A stretch of DNA of 57,990 bases from Nanoarchaeum sp. (GCA_013824915.1 PNOQ01000012.1:1-57990); one strand, 5' to 3'; positions 1 to 9,298 are shown, counted from the stretch's first letter. Translations and numbers: made by a program. The notes: generated by a model not told the origin, from the letters alone.

Positions 1-1
1 T

Positions 2-295
2 AAACCATTAGTAACATCTATTCTTGAAGAACTAGATTTTTTTGAATCACCGCGCCGAGAAGGCCTAAACATAGTGTATTATAGGGAAGGTTCAGAATTT
101 AGAGTTCGTTTTACAACTATATATACTAGAGATCATAAAAATCAAGAACAAAAAAAATCACATTCTATATTAGAAATTATAGCAGATAATAATGGGGCCG
201 CATTAACTGCCTATACTGATTTCTTAGAAAAAATGAAAGAACGTGGAGCAGGCGTTGATATTGAGACTAGAATAGATATAATCAATTCTATTTAG
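2..295 (+). CDS. hypothetical protein, C-terminal fragment (gene continues upstream of the window)
   Basis: Frame 2 is open from nt 2 to the stop at 293-295. The GTG start at 74 in the ORF track is arbitrary. No recognisable motif. Confidence 0.35.
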   Translation, partial: KPLVTSILEELDFFESPRREGLNIVYYREGSEFRVRFTTIYTRDHKNQEQKKSHSILEIIADNNGAALTAYTDFLEKMKERGAGVDIETRIDIINSI

Positions 296-300
296 AAACC

Positions 301-308
301 TTTATAAA
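301..308 (+). promoter_or_regulatory. TATA-box-like element (TTTATAAA) for rpl15e
   Basis: The first T lies 32 nt upstream of the ATG at 333. The same box and spacing recur at many operon heads in this window. Confidence 0.5.
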
Positions 309-332
309 TAAAGTATTTTCCTCAACTAAATC

Positions 333-908
333 ATGTATAATCACGTTAAAGAGAGTTTCAAGAACCCAAACAAAGAATTAATGAGAGAACGTTTAATCGC
401 TTGGAGACAAGAAGCTTCTGTTCAAAAAATTGAGAAACCTACAAATTTAGCTTCAGCTAGACGTTTAGGTTACAAAGCAAAACAAGGTGTCATAGTCGTT
501 AGAGTCAAACTACCAAGAGGTGGAAGAATGCGTCCACAAATAAGAAAAGGTAGAAGAACTAAACATATGAGACGTTTCAAGATTCTAGACAAGAATTATA
601 GAGCAGTAGCAGAAGAGAGAGCTGCAAAGAAATTCAAAAATTTAGAAGTATTAAATTCATACAAGATAGCAAAAGATGGTAAGCATTATTGGTTCGAAGT
701 CATTATGGTAGATCCACATAGCACCGTTGTATTATCTGATAAAAACCTTAATTGGATTGCAACTAAAAAAGGTAGAGCTTATCGTGGTTTAACATCAGCT
801 GGTAGAAAATCTCGTGGTTTAAGAGCTAAGGGAAAGGGCGCAGAGAAAATAAGACCTAGCAGAAGATTAAACATTAAGAGAAGACTAAGAAACGATAATA
901 TAGGTTAA
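333..908 (+). CDS. rpl15e: 50S ribosomal protein L15e
   Basis: The translation carries L15e hallmarks (RLGYKAKQGVIVVRVKLPRGG, KGRR, WFEVIMVDP). This family is restricted to archaea and eukaryotes. Confidence 0.95.
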   Translation: MYNHVKESFKNPNKELMRERLIAWRQEASVQKIEKPTNLASARRLGYKAKQGVIVVRVKLPRGGRMRPQIRKGRRTKHMRRFKILDKNYRAVAEERAAKKFKNLEVLNSYKIAKDGKHYWFEVIMVDPHSTVVLSDKNLNWIATKKGRAYRGLTSAGRKSRGLRAKGKGAEKIRPSRRLNIKRRLRNDNIG

Positions 909-911
909 TTC

Positions 912-1016
912 TCACATCTTTAAAGAGCTATAAATTATAACAAACATAATCATAACAATAGCTCCAAGAACAAAGAACATTAAAGGTAAGGCCCACATTG
1001 GCATCTCGTTTTTCAT
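912..1016 (-). CDS. possible 34-aa single-TM micro-protein (not in the ORF track)
   Basis: Hand translation gives MKNEMPMWALPLMFFVLGAIVMIMFVIIYSSLKM followed by a stop. It fills an otherwise empty 148-nt spacer. There is no homology evidence. Confidence 0.25.
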   Translation of the reverse strand: MKNEMPMWALPLMFFVLGAIVMIMFVIIYSSLKM

Positions 1017-1056
1017 AATCAAAAACATTATAAACTAAATTAATAAACTTTTCTCT

Positions 1057-2091
1057 ATGCTAACTAAGAAACAAATTGAAGAATTTCGTGCTTATTTAAA
1101 AAAAGCAGAAAATCCACTATTTTTCTTTGATGATGACCCAGATGGTTTATGTTCTTACTTAATCTTGAAGAAATATATTGGCAAAGGTAAAGGTGTAGTA
1201 CTAAAAACCAAGCCAACCTTATCAGTAGATTTTTACAGAAAGATAGAAGAATATTGCCCAGATTATGTTTTTATTTTAGATATTGCACTAGTTGAACAAG
1301 AATTTTTAGAAAAAATAAATGTTCCAGTAATCTGGCTAGATCATCATCAACCCCAAGAAATGAAAGGGGTTCACTATTACAATCCTATGATGAACAAACC
1401 TAAAGATAATAGACCTACAACTTATTATGCAAACGAAATAGCAGAAAATCAATTTTTATGGTTAGCAACTTTAGGTACAATCTCTGATTGGTATTATCCA
1501 AAATTCGCAAAAGAATTTTCAAAGTTATACCCTAACATATTACCAAAAAATATCAAAAAAGCCAACCAAGCCATATTCGATTCCAGACTTGGTGATTTAA
1601 TTATGACTTTTGCATTTTTACTCAAAGGAATGACATCTAAAGTTCATAGAATGGCATCTTTATTATTAAAAATAGATGACCCTAATGAATTACTGGAAAA
1701 TATTACTCCTAGAGCTAAATTCATAAATAAAGAAGTTGTAAAACTAAAAAAAGAATATGTATATATGTTAAAACAAGTTGAATCTCAAAAACCGGGAAAA
1801 GAAAAATTATTCATAGTTTATTTACCAATAAGCAAAAATTCATTTACAAGTCAACTTTCAAACTTAATGATTTACAGATACCCTAAAAAAGTAATAATGG
1901 TTATTAGACAAAAAGACGATATTATGGTTATGAGCGCTCGTAGCGCAAAACAAAAAATAGAAAAAATATTCAGAGAGTCTTTAGAAGGTTTAGACGGAAT
2001 TGGTGGCGGTCATGATTTAGCTTGTGGTGGAACAGTAGCTAAAGACCAGTTTAATACATTCTTAGAAAGATTTAAGGAAAAACTTAAATAG
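1057..2091 (+). CDS. DHH/DHHA1-family phosphoesterase (RecJ/GAN-like or nanoRNase-like)
   Basis: Ordered motifs are present: FFDDDPDG, LDHHQP (DHH) and GIGGGHDLACGG (the DHHA1 GGGH motif). A TATA-like box lies 29 nt upstream. Confidence 0.8.
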   Translation: MLTKKQIEEFRAYLKKAENPLFFFDDDPDGLCSYLILKKYIGKGKGVVLKTKPTLSVDFYRKIEEYCPDYVFILDIALVEQEFLEKINVPVIWLDHHQPQEMKGVHYYNPMMNKPKDNRPTTYYANEIAENQFLWLATLGTISDWYYPKFAKEFSKLYPNILPKNIKKANQAIFDSRLGDLIMTFAFLLKGMTSKVHRMASLLLKIDDPNELLENITPRAKFINKEVVKLKKEYVYMLKQVESQKPGKEKLFIVYLPISKNSFTSQLSNLMIYRYPKKVIMVIRQKDDIMVMSARSAKQKIEKIFRESLEGLDGIGGGHDLACGGTVAKDQFNTFLERFKEKLK

Positions 2092-2111
2092 AATTTAATC
2101 AAAATACTTTC

Positions 2112-4013
2112 ATGATAAAAAGAGTGATTTTAATCTTATTATTATTTATTCCATTAGCTTTAGCTGAAAATATAGAAAACTACAATGACTTAACTAGTAT
2201 AATTTTAGATTACAGCTCACAAGGCGAAGTAAACTTACAAGGCTCAGCATTAGATAATTTTAAAGCAACACTATATTTATTCCCACAAGAATCATCTAGA
2301 CAAGAAGTTTTATCTCTAACAACTAATCCCGAATCAGAAATAGACTCACAGATAGTATTTACATGGTTAGAATTCCAGCCAAAATTACAATATGGATTAA
2401 ATTCGGAAATAAAAACAAAAAACATACTTTATCCAGTAAAACACGTTTCTTTTCCAATAAAAAATTTACCACAAGAATATGAACAATATTTACAGCCTGG
2501 TGAAGTCATAGATATTAATGCAGACATAGTTGACAAAGCCTCAGAAATTATTGGTGGTGAAACCGATATGTACACAGCTGTATTCAAACTTGCAGATTGG
2601 GTTAGTAAAGATGTAAAATATGATTTAAACACAGTAACTGCATCTGCAGCTAAAAAATCATCATGGGTTTTAGAAAATAATGAAGGTGTTTGTGATGAAA
2701 TTACATCATTATTTATTTCATTCTGTCGTTCTGTAGGTATTCCAGCAAGATTTGTTTCTGGTGTTGCATATTCTAATCTTAATTATGGCTTTGAAAATCA
2801 TGGATGGGCAGAAGTTTATTTCCCAGACCAAGGTTGGGTCCCATATGACGTAACATTCAAACAATTTGGTTGGATTGATCCAGGTCATGTAGAACTAGAC
2901 AAATCATTAGATGCAGGTTCAAACTCAGTAAAATACAATTGGCGTTCAACTAACACAGAAATTGTATCAACAGATTTTGAAAATACTGTACAAGTTATTT
3001 CACAAGGTGAAAAAGTTTCTAAACCATTCAATTTAGAAATAGAATCATTATACGATAATGTTGGCCCTGGAAGTTATGTTCCAATAAAAGTTACAGTAGA
3101 AAATTCTTATGATAAATATTTATCAAATACATTATCAATAATAAAGGCCCCATCAAAATTAGAAGACAATATAAAACCAATTTTATTAAAACCATCTCAA
3201 ACAAAATCTACTTTCTTCTTAGTTCAAATACCTACAGATTTGCAATCTAATTATGTTTATACTGCAATAGTAGAAGTTAAAGATTTATTCGGCGAAACAG
3301 CCGATACAACAATAGAATTTTCTCCAGGATATAAAATAATAACTGAAGAAAAAGCATTAGAATTAATAAATGAATTAGAAGAAAAAGAAGAAAAACAATA
3401 TTCAGAAGAACTTTCTTTAACTTGTAATCCAAATAAAAAGTATTATTACGAATTTGAAAATATAACTATAAATTGTGATTTAAGAAATTTAGGAAATGTT
3501 TTACTAAAAGATGTTGAAGTATGTTTAGAAAATAATTGTAAAACAATAGATGCTAAGATAGGAATCGCAGAAAAATTAATATTTGAAAATGTTCCAAGAT
3601 ATGATATAATAAATGTTACCGCAAAAAAAGATAATATTGATTTACTTTCAGAAATTTCTTTAGAACTTTTAACCGAGCCAGATGTTTCAATAACAAACCC
3701 AGACCTTCCTCAAGAGTTATATTATGATCAAGATTTTAACTTATCTTTTGTCTTAAGTTCTGATGCAATTGTCAAAGATGTTAAATTAAAAATAAAAGGT
3801 CTAAAAACAATTGATATAAATAAATCTAACACAGCAGAAGACATAATAATAAACACAAATTCAAAAAATTTCCCAAATAACAAATTAGATATAACTCTAG
3901 AATACAAAGATGAATACGACAGAGAATTTAAGTTTAAAAAACAATTTGATTTGAATATTCAAAACATTCCATGGTACGCGCAAATACTCGGATTATTTCA
4001 ATTTATTCTTTAA
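2112..4013 (+). CDS. secreted/anchored transglutaminase-like cysteine protease-fold protein with beta-rich C-terminal domains
   Basis: N-terminal hydrophobic signal. Transglutaminase core context: EGVCDEITSLF ... HGWAEVYF ... GWVPYDVT. Long Ig/CARDB-like region and a terminal hydrophobic helix. Confidence 0.85.
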   Translation: MIKRVILILLLFIPLALAENIENYNDLTSIILDYSSQGEVNLQGSALDNFKATLYLFPQESSRQEVLSLTTNPESEIDSQIVFTWLEFQPKLQYGLNSEIKTKNILYPVKHVSFPIKNLPQEYEQYLQPGEVIDINADIVDKASEIIGGETDMYTAVFKLADWVSKDVKYDLNTVTASAAKKSSWVLENNEGVCDEITSLFISFCRSVGIPARFVSGVAYSNLNYGFENHGWAEVYFPDQGWVPYDVTFKQFGWIDPGHVELDKSLDAGSNSVKYNWRSTNTEIVSTDFENTVQVISQGEKVSKPFNLEIESLYDNVGPGSYVPIKVTVENSYDKYLSNTLSIIKAPSKLEDNIKPILLKPSQTKSTFFLVQIPTDLQSNYVYTAIVEVKDLFGETADTTIEFSPGYKIITEEKALELINELEEKEEKQYSEELSLTCNPNKKYYYEFENITINCDLRNLGNVLLKDVEVCLENNCKTIDAKIGIAEKLIFENVPRYDIINVTAKKDNIDLLSEISLELLTEPDVSITNPDLPQELYYDQDFNLSFVLSSDAIVKDVKLKIKGLKTIDINKSNTAEDIIINTNSKNFPNNKLDITLEYKDEYDREFKFKKQFDLNIQNIPWYAQILGLFQFIL

Positions 4014-4110
4014 ATAAACTTGCAAGTAGTAACAAACAGGAAGGTTTATAAATGTTTTACAATCATTAAATCTATGAATTATAGCCAAAACGAGGCAAGG
4101 AAAAATAAAA

Positions 4111-4809
4111 ATGTTCTACTTTTTTGGAACTGGGAGCTTAAAAGCCAATTGGGATCTTTTGCTTTTGTTAGCAGGAGAAAATGAAGAAACTTTTCCTAGA
4201 AGCAATCATGCTTTAGGATTATTTAATCATAACAATATCGGTAATATCTTAGTTTCTGGTTCTGTCGGTGGGCTTTCTCAAGAAAAACCAAATCCCTATG
4301 ATGGGCCACATATTAGAATAGCAAACTATCTTAATCTAAACGGCATTCCAGCAGACAAAATATTCACCGATTACAGGCCTGTAGATACGTTTGGTAATTT
4401 TGTTTTTTCATATCACCAACCATTAAACAATAATCCAAATCCTGGTGAATTATCTACATTAATATTGACTGAAACGGGGCATTCTAAACGAACAATGCAA
4501 TGTGCTTCTAGAGTGATACCCGAAGATTGCAATCATAGATTTAATTTTTCAGATGGAGATTACAAACCACAACTAACTACAGTAAATGGCCTAGCAACAT
4601 ATTTATGGCATCGTGGTTTAATGAGATCTACAGAATATATCAAATCAAATTCTCAGCGAGCTTATGATTTTTTAAGAGTGGAGCACCCCTTTTATCAGCC
4701 TGGTTGGTTTGAAGCACCAGTAGAAGTACGAAGAAAAGAAGTGTTAAGAAAAACTTTAGAATGGAACGGATTAAGTTGTTTATCTGGTCCACTTGAAAAA
4801 TTACTTTAG
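4111..4809 (+). CDS. DUF218/YdcF-like protein (weak call)
   Basis: Pattern LLLLAGENE ... VSGSVGG ... NGIPADKIFTDYRPVDTFGNF resembles the DUF218 core. An SD-like GAGG/AAGGA lies upstream. Confidence 0.5.
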   Translation: MFYFFGTGSLKANWDLLLLLAGENEETFPRSNHALGLFNHNNIGNILVSGSVGGLSQEKPNPYDGPHIRIANYLNLNGIPADKIFTDYRPVDTFGNFVFSYHQPLNNNPNPGELSTLILTETGHSKRTMQCASRVIPEDCNHRFNFSDGDYKPQLTTVNGLATYLWHRGLMRSTEYIKSNSQRAYDFLRVEHPFYQPGWFEAPVEVRRKEVLRKTLEWNGLSCLSGPLEKLL

Positions 4810-4849
4810 ATCAGAAAGTTATTAATACCTCTAATTAATCTTAATAATT

Positions 4850-5083
4850 ATGAACAAGAAAACAATTTTTTTAATTATTCTAATTTTAATAGGAGTCTAT
4901 TTCTTAGGAAAAGGTATCACTGGATTTATAGTTAGTGAAAGTTGTTGTTTTCCCCCAAATTGTTTAGAAGAAAACTTATGTAAGAATATAGATTATTGGG
5001 CAGACACAAAATATATTTCTACTTTAATAGGGCTTATAATTTTTATTTCAGTCGTTTTTGTTAAGATGTTTTCAAAGAAATAA
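4850..5083 (+). CDS. small two-TM membrane protein with an extracytoplasmic Cys-rich loop
   Basis: Two hydrophobic helices flank SESCCFPPNCLEENLC. No homology recognised. Confidence 0.4.
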   Translation: MNKKTIFLIILILIGVYFLGKGITGFIVSESCCFPPNCLEENLCKNIDYWADTKYISTLIGLIIFISVVFVKMFSKK

Positions 5084-5085
5084 TT

Positions 5086-6519
5086 TTAATAACTCTTCGC
5101 AAAATAAGTCACATACTCAGCTTTATTACCACAAGCAAAACATTTTCCTTCTACGTTTAAATTAAACTCACTATTCAAACTTTTAGCGCCAGTTTTATCG
5201 TTTATACTTTCTTCACAATTAACACTACCGCACCAATTAACTTTACCGATACATCCAGAATTAACAATTTTCTTTAATTCACTAACCTCTTGAGCTTCTT
5301 GAATAGATTCATCTAAAAATTTCTTAGCTTTCAAAAACAAACTATCTTGTATCTCTTTCAATATTTTTGGAACTTCGATAGCAACATCTTTTATTTTAAC
5401 ATTAATTTTTTCGTTATTATCTCTTCTTACAAGAACTACTTGTTTTTTCTCCAAATCTTTAGGCCCAATTTCTAATCTCAAAGGAATTCCCTTCATTTCC
5501 CATTCATTAAATTTCCAGCCTGCGCTATAATCTTCTCTATCATCTAACAAAGGATTATATTTTTTCAATTTTTTAACAAGTGAACTAGCAACTTTTATTA
5601 TATTTTTCTTATCCTTAGTAAATAGTATTGGAACAACGACTAGTTTATTTAAAGCAACATTAGGTGGTAAAATTATACCTTTATCATCTCCATGCATAGC
5701 TAACATTATTCCTATACTCCTTGTTGAGAATCCCCATGAATTTTGCCAAACATAATCTTTCTTCTCAGAAATATCTAAAAAGTTTATATCAAAAGCTTTT
5801 GAAAAGTTCTGTCCAAGATGATGAGAAGTAGCTCCTTGTATAGCTTTTCCATTAGGTAATAAAGTTTCAACACTTAAAGAATAATCTGCACCAGCAAACT
5901 TTTCATTCTTAGATTTCATTCCTTTTAGAACTGGAACTGCTAATAGTTTTTCATAAGTGTCAGCATAAAAATCTAAAATTTTCAAAGCTTCTTTATCCGC
6001 TTCTTTTTTTGTAGCAAAAGCACTATGCCCCTCTTGCCATAAAAATTCTCTTGTTCTCAAAAATGGAACAGGATGTTTAAATTCCCATCTAATCACATTA
6101 CACCATTGATTATATCTTAAAGGTAAATCTTTCCAACTTCTAATCCATTTAGCGTAAGAATTATACATTATAGTCTCAGAAGTAGGCCTTATTGCCAATC
6201 TTTCATTTAACTTACTATCACCTGCATGAGTAACCCAAGCTACTTCAGGAGTAAAACCTTTTACATGATCTGCCTCTTTTTTGAATAAATGTTCAGGAAT
6301 TAATAATGGAAAATAAGTATTTTTTACTCCATCTTTCTTAAATTTATTATCTAAATAACTCTGTATATTTTCCCAGATAGAGTAAGAACCTGGCTTAAAT
6401 ATTAAACAACCAGAAACATCACTATAATCAACTAAATCAGCTTTCTGTATAACTTGTACATACCAATCAGAAAAATTCTCAGCTTTCTTTGCATTAACCC
6501 CTTTAGTTTCCATATTCAC
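5086..6519 (-). CDS. proS: prolyl-tRNA synthetase, archaeal/eukaryotic type
   Basis: Class IIa motifs are present (FRPGS-like IFKPGSY, RPTSET, WQEGH). The C-terminal Cys-rich domain ends in ...YFAKSY, typical of archaeal-type ProRS. Confidence 0.95.
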   Translation of the reverse strand: MNMETKGVNAKKAENFSDWYVQVIQKADLVDYSDVSGCLIFKPGSYSIWENIQSYLDNKFKKDGVKNTYFPLLIPEHLFKKEADHVKGFTPEVAWVTHAGDSKLNERLAIRPTSETIMYNSYAKWIRSWKDLPLRYNQWCNVIRWEFKHPVPFLRTREFLWQEGHSAFATKKEADKEALKILDFYADTYEKLLAVPVLKGMKSKNEKFAGADYSLSVETLLPNGKAIQGATSHHLGQNFSKAFDINFLDISEKKDYVWQNSWGFSTRSIGIMLAMHGDDKGIILPPNVALNKLVVVPILFTKDKKNIIKVASSLVKKLKKYNPLLDDREDYSAGWKFNEWEMKGIPLRLEIGPKDLEKKQVVLVRRDNNEKINVKIKDVAIEVPKILKEIQDSLFLKAKKFLDESIQEAQEVSELKKIVNSGCIGKVNWCGSVNCEESINDKTGAKSLNSEFNLNVEGKCFACGNKAEYVTYFAKSY

Positions 6520-6597
6520 TATAACTCTTATTAAGAACTTTTAAATGTTTTTATTTTAAACACAACCTTTTAATAGACTAATTAATGCATTTTTATC

Positions 6598-6810
6598 ATG
6601 GGACCAACATTTTATCTTTCTGATTTACTTAAACTATCTGAAGAATATAAAGGTAAGGTTACACCAACAAATATAAGAAATATACTTATTTATTTAAAAC
6701 TAGATAGTTTAGAACAATCAAGGGAAGCAATAAATTTATACCTATCAGATGAATCAACTAGGATAACAATTGATAATTTTGTAGCACAACACCCCCAAAA
6801 AGATATATGA
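6598..6810 (+). CDS. hypothetical 70-aa protein
   Basis: ORF only. The composition looks protein-like. No motif recognised. Confidence 0.3.
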   Translation: MGPTFYLSDLLKLSEEYKGKVTPTNIRNILIYLKLDSLEQSREAINLYLSDESTRITIDNFVAQHPQKDI

Positions 6811-6847
6811 CAAGCTTTTTTAACCCATAAAAATCGTTATTCTCAAG

Positions 6848-6921
6848 GGATCTATAGCTTAACTTGGATAGAGCACTCGGCTACGGACCGAGCGATTGGG
6901 GTTCAAATCCCCATAGGTCCA
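6848..6921 (+). tRNA. tRNA-Arg, anticodon ACG (hand-folded)
   Basis: Acceptor GGATCTA/TAGGTCC. D arm GCTT-AACTTGGATA-GAGC. Anticodon stem CTCGG/CCGAG with loop CTACGGA. T arm TGGGG-TTCAAAT-CCCCA. Discriminator A. No encoded CCA. Confidence 0.8.
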
Positions 6922-6940
6922 TTATAAAAAAAGAAAAAAA

Positions 6941-7570
6941 TTAATCAGTTTTACAATTATCTATCACATTTTGCAGTGCTTTTTCCCAATTTTTTCTATC
7001 TTTATCTTCAAAATAACCACTGCCGGAATCGATAAACGGTATTTGATTAGTTATTGCATATGTGCAAACTGGTTGTGCCTTGTGCCCATGATGATATGTT
7101 GCACTACAAAACACTAACGGTACCCTCTTTGCTTTTGCGTCTTCTGCTACCAAAGTTCCTAACGGTGCTTGAGCTTCTCCATTAGTCCATTTTTCTATTG
7201 CATTATATTGAAAAAACTCTTGCATGGCCCCTTGTTCATATGGAGTTGGGTTTCGTTTATAATCTATTTCTACTCCTCTCCAAAATAAATCATAATTTCT
7301 TGGCTCTTCAAAGTACCTTGAAGGCAGTACTTCTTTGCATCTCTGAATTGTTTCCGGACTTGAGACCTTACCTTCAGATTCTGGAATGAATACGTCACTA
7401 ACTATACCATCAAATTCTCTCGAAGCAATTAGTTCTCTTGCAGTTGTGTAGTTTGTTGCATAAGCTACATTTATTTCCTGTCCTTTTTCTTTTAATCTAG
7501 CTACTTCTGTTTTTACATCTTCTAAGTGTTTTGGCGTATCTTCAACAATCAAAATTTCTAGTTTTCTCAT
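6941..7570 (-). CDS. divergent CheY-like receiver-fold protein with a large insertion (orphan)
   Basis: The N-terminus LEILIVEDTP ... FDGIVSDVFIPES resembles REC beta1/beta3 acidic residues. The later segment RVPLVFCSAT resembles beta4. About 70 aa are inserted between them. No kinase gene is nearby. Confidence 0.45.
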   Translation of the reverse strand: MRKLEILIVEDTPKHLEDVKTEVARLKEKGQEINVAYATNYTTARELIASREFDGIVSDVFIPESEGKVSSPETIQRCKEVLPSRYFEEPRNYDLFWRGVEIDYKRNPTPYEQGAMQEFFQYNAIEKWTNGEAQAPLGTLVAEDAKAKRVPLVFCSATYHHGHKAQPVCTYAITNQIPFIDSGSGYFEDKDRKNWEKALQNVIDNCKTD

Positions 7571-7680
7571 TTTTAATTATCCTGCCACTTTAAAGTCCGT
7601 GACGGTGACTTATTATAACTTATACGTAGTAAACTACTTATATTAAACTTCCTTTCAATTTTTAGTCAAAAATGATAAAA

Positions 7681-7688
7681 TTTATATA
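7681..7688 (+). promoter_or_regulatory. TATA-box-like element (TTTATATA)
   Basis: Lies 31 nt upstream of the ATG at 7712. Confidence 0.5.
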
Positions 7689-7711
7689 CAAAAGATAATT
7701 AATGCTAAATA

Positions 7712-8698
7712 ATGGTAGAAATAACTAAACTAAAATTAGACAAGACAGATAAGAAGATTTTAACAGAACTAGACAAAAACTGCAGAATTCCTACAACCAA
7801 ACTAGCTAAGTTAGTAAATAAATCAAGGCAAACAGTGGAATATAGAATTTCTCAATTAATAGAAAAAGGAATTATACTAAGTTTTAACACATCGTTCAAT
7901 CCACATAAAATGGGTTATAAAATATATAAAATTTATTTAAAATTAAGAAACATACCAGAAGAAAAAACTAAATTATTCAAATATCTAAAATCTTCAGGTA
8001 TAGTTTACTGGATGGGAGAATGTTCTGGTTCGTGGGATTTAATTTTTGGTGTTTTTGCAAAAGATGATTATAAATTCTTTGAACTAAAAAATGAATTAAT
8101 ATCAAAATTTAATAAAATAATAGTCAAGGAAGAAGGACAAATATTACTAGATGTAAAACAATTTCCAAAAATGTATTTTACAAATGAAATAATAAAACCT
8201 GTAATGTTTGCAGGAAAAGTAGAGAACAATGAGTTAGAAGAATTAGATTATTCTATTCTTGGTGAAATTGTAAACAATGCAAGAATACATATAAATGAAC
8301 TAGCAAAGAAAGTTAATTCAACACCCATAATATGTAAAAATAGATTAAAAAATTTAGAACAAAAAGGAATTATAATACAATACAGAATAAGTATAGACTT
8401 AAATAAGTTAGGCTTAGATTTATACAAAGCAATAATAACTTTAGATAGTTATACAAAAGAAGATGAAATAAAATTACAAGAATATTTATCAAGAATTCCA
8501 AATATTCATTATTTTATCAGAAATTTATTTCAAATAGAACCAGAATTAGTAGTTAGTAGTTATCAAGAATATTATGAACTAATTGAAAATTTTAAAAAAG
8601 AATTTCCATATGTGATAAGAACTGTAGACTCAGTTTTAATGATAACTGATGAATGGACACCAGGATTCAAAAATTTAATAAAAAAAGAAAAAAATTAA
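7712..8698 (+). CDS. tandem (duplicated) Lrp/AsnC-family transcriptional regulator
   Basis: Two HTH_AsnC-like modules are present: LDKTDKKILTELDKNCRIPTTKLAKLVNKSRQTVEYRISQLIEKGII and LDYSILGEIVNNARIHINELAKKVNSTPIICKNRLKNLEQKGII. Each is followed by a RAM-like half. Confidence 0.8.
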   Translation: MVEITKLKLDKTDKKILTELDKNCRIPTTKLAKLVNKSRQTVEYRISQLIEKGIILSFNTSFNPHKMGYKIYKIYLKLRNIPEEKTKLFKYLKSSGIVYWMGECSGSWDLIFGVFAKDDYKFFELKNELISKFNKIIVKEEGQILLDVKQFPKMYFTNEIIKPVMFAGKVENNELEELDYSILGEIVNNARIHINELAKKVNSTPIICKNRLKNLEQKGIIIQYRISIDLNKLGLDLYKAIITLDSYTKEDEIKLQEYLSRIPNIHYFIRNLFQIEPELVVSSYQEYYELIENFKKEFPYVIRTVDSVLMITDEWTPGFKNLIKKEKN

Positions 8699-9099
8699 GC
8701 AAATGCTTTTTTAACTTCTTTGTTCAAATAAAAGTACAAACCTATAGCTAAATCTACAAGTATATTGAACCAATTTGAAACTATATTGGTTAGCCCAGTT
8801 AAAATTCCAAGCACACAAAATACCATTACTACTATTCTAGCCCAGTTTCTTCCATGCCATAAACCTCTTGCTACAAAGAAGTCAACCACACTCAATACAA
8901 TTAATAATATTCCTATCAAAACAAAAACACCAGCACCAAGTGCAGCAATCTCAGGCATTTGTTCCAATATTAAATCTATAATTCCTGCTCCGGCAATAAA
9001 TAATATACCAAATATTAATCCTAAAGCCGCACCAATATAATATAACACAGAAATTACTTTAACTAATGTAGGCATTTTTTTATCTTTCTTTTTTACCAT
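8695..9099 (-). CDS. integral membrane protein (4 TM), unknown function
   Basis: Four clear hydrophobic helices. Its 3' end overlaps the convergent Lrp-like gene by 4 nt. Confidence 0.6.
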   Translation of the reverse strand: MVKKKDKKMPTLVKVISVLYYIGAALGLIFGILFIAGAGIIDLILEQMPEIAALGAGVFVLIGILLIVLSVVDFFVARGLWHGRNWARIVVMVFCVLGILTGLTNIVSNWFNILVDLAIGLYFYLNKEVKKAFA

Positions 9100-9187
9100 A
9101 AATCCACCCCCATTATGAAATTCTTGAAATTCAACTATAAAAAGTTTTCCGATTATTTTATAAGTTTGCAGAAATTATTTATTTTAA

Positions 9188-9261
9188 GGCCCTATAGCTT
9201 AACTTGGATAGAGTCACCGGTTTCGGCCCGGTAGATCTGGGTTCAAATCCCAGTAGGGTCA
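9188..9261 (+). tRNA. tRNA-Arg, anticodon TCG (hand-folded)
   Basis: Acceptor GGCCCTA/TAGGGTC. D arm GCTT/GAGT. Anticodon stem ACCGG/CCGGT with loop TTTCGGC. T arm CTGGG-TTCAAAT-CCCAG. Discriminator A. Confidence 0.85.
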
Positions 9262-9298
9262 TAAAAACATTTAAATATATAAACATAAGGACAATATT

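Noticed and set aside
4074-4184. A 36-codon ORF whose ATG lies exactly 29 nt downstream of a TTTATAAA box (4045-4052), out of frame with and overlapping the start of the DUF218-like gene. It could be a leaderless uORF.
   Set aside because: The main ORF has its own SD-like GAGG/AAGGA and a family-like N-terminus (LLLLAGENE). The short ORF's product has no features. An ATG at the TSS may be coincidental. It cannot be decided without ribosome profiling.
7590-7612. A GC-richer patch (agtccgtgacggtgactt) with a GTCAC-c-GTCAC direct repeat in the leader of the REC-like gene. I considered a small RNA or riboswitch.
   Set aside because: Only 3-4-bp stems can be drawn, with no flanking promoter at the right spacing. 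It is more likely a short regulatory site or chance.
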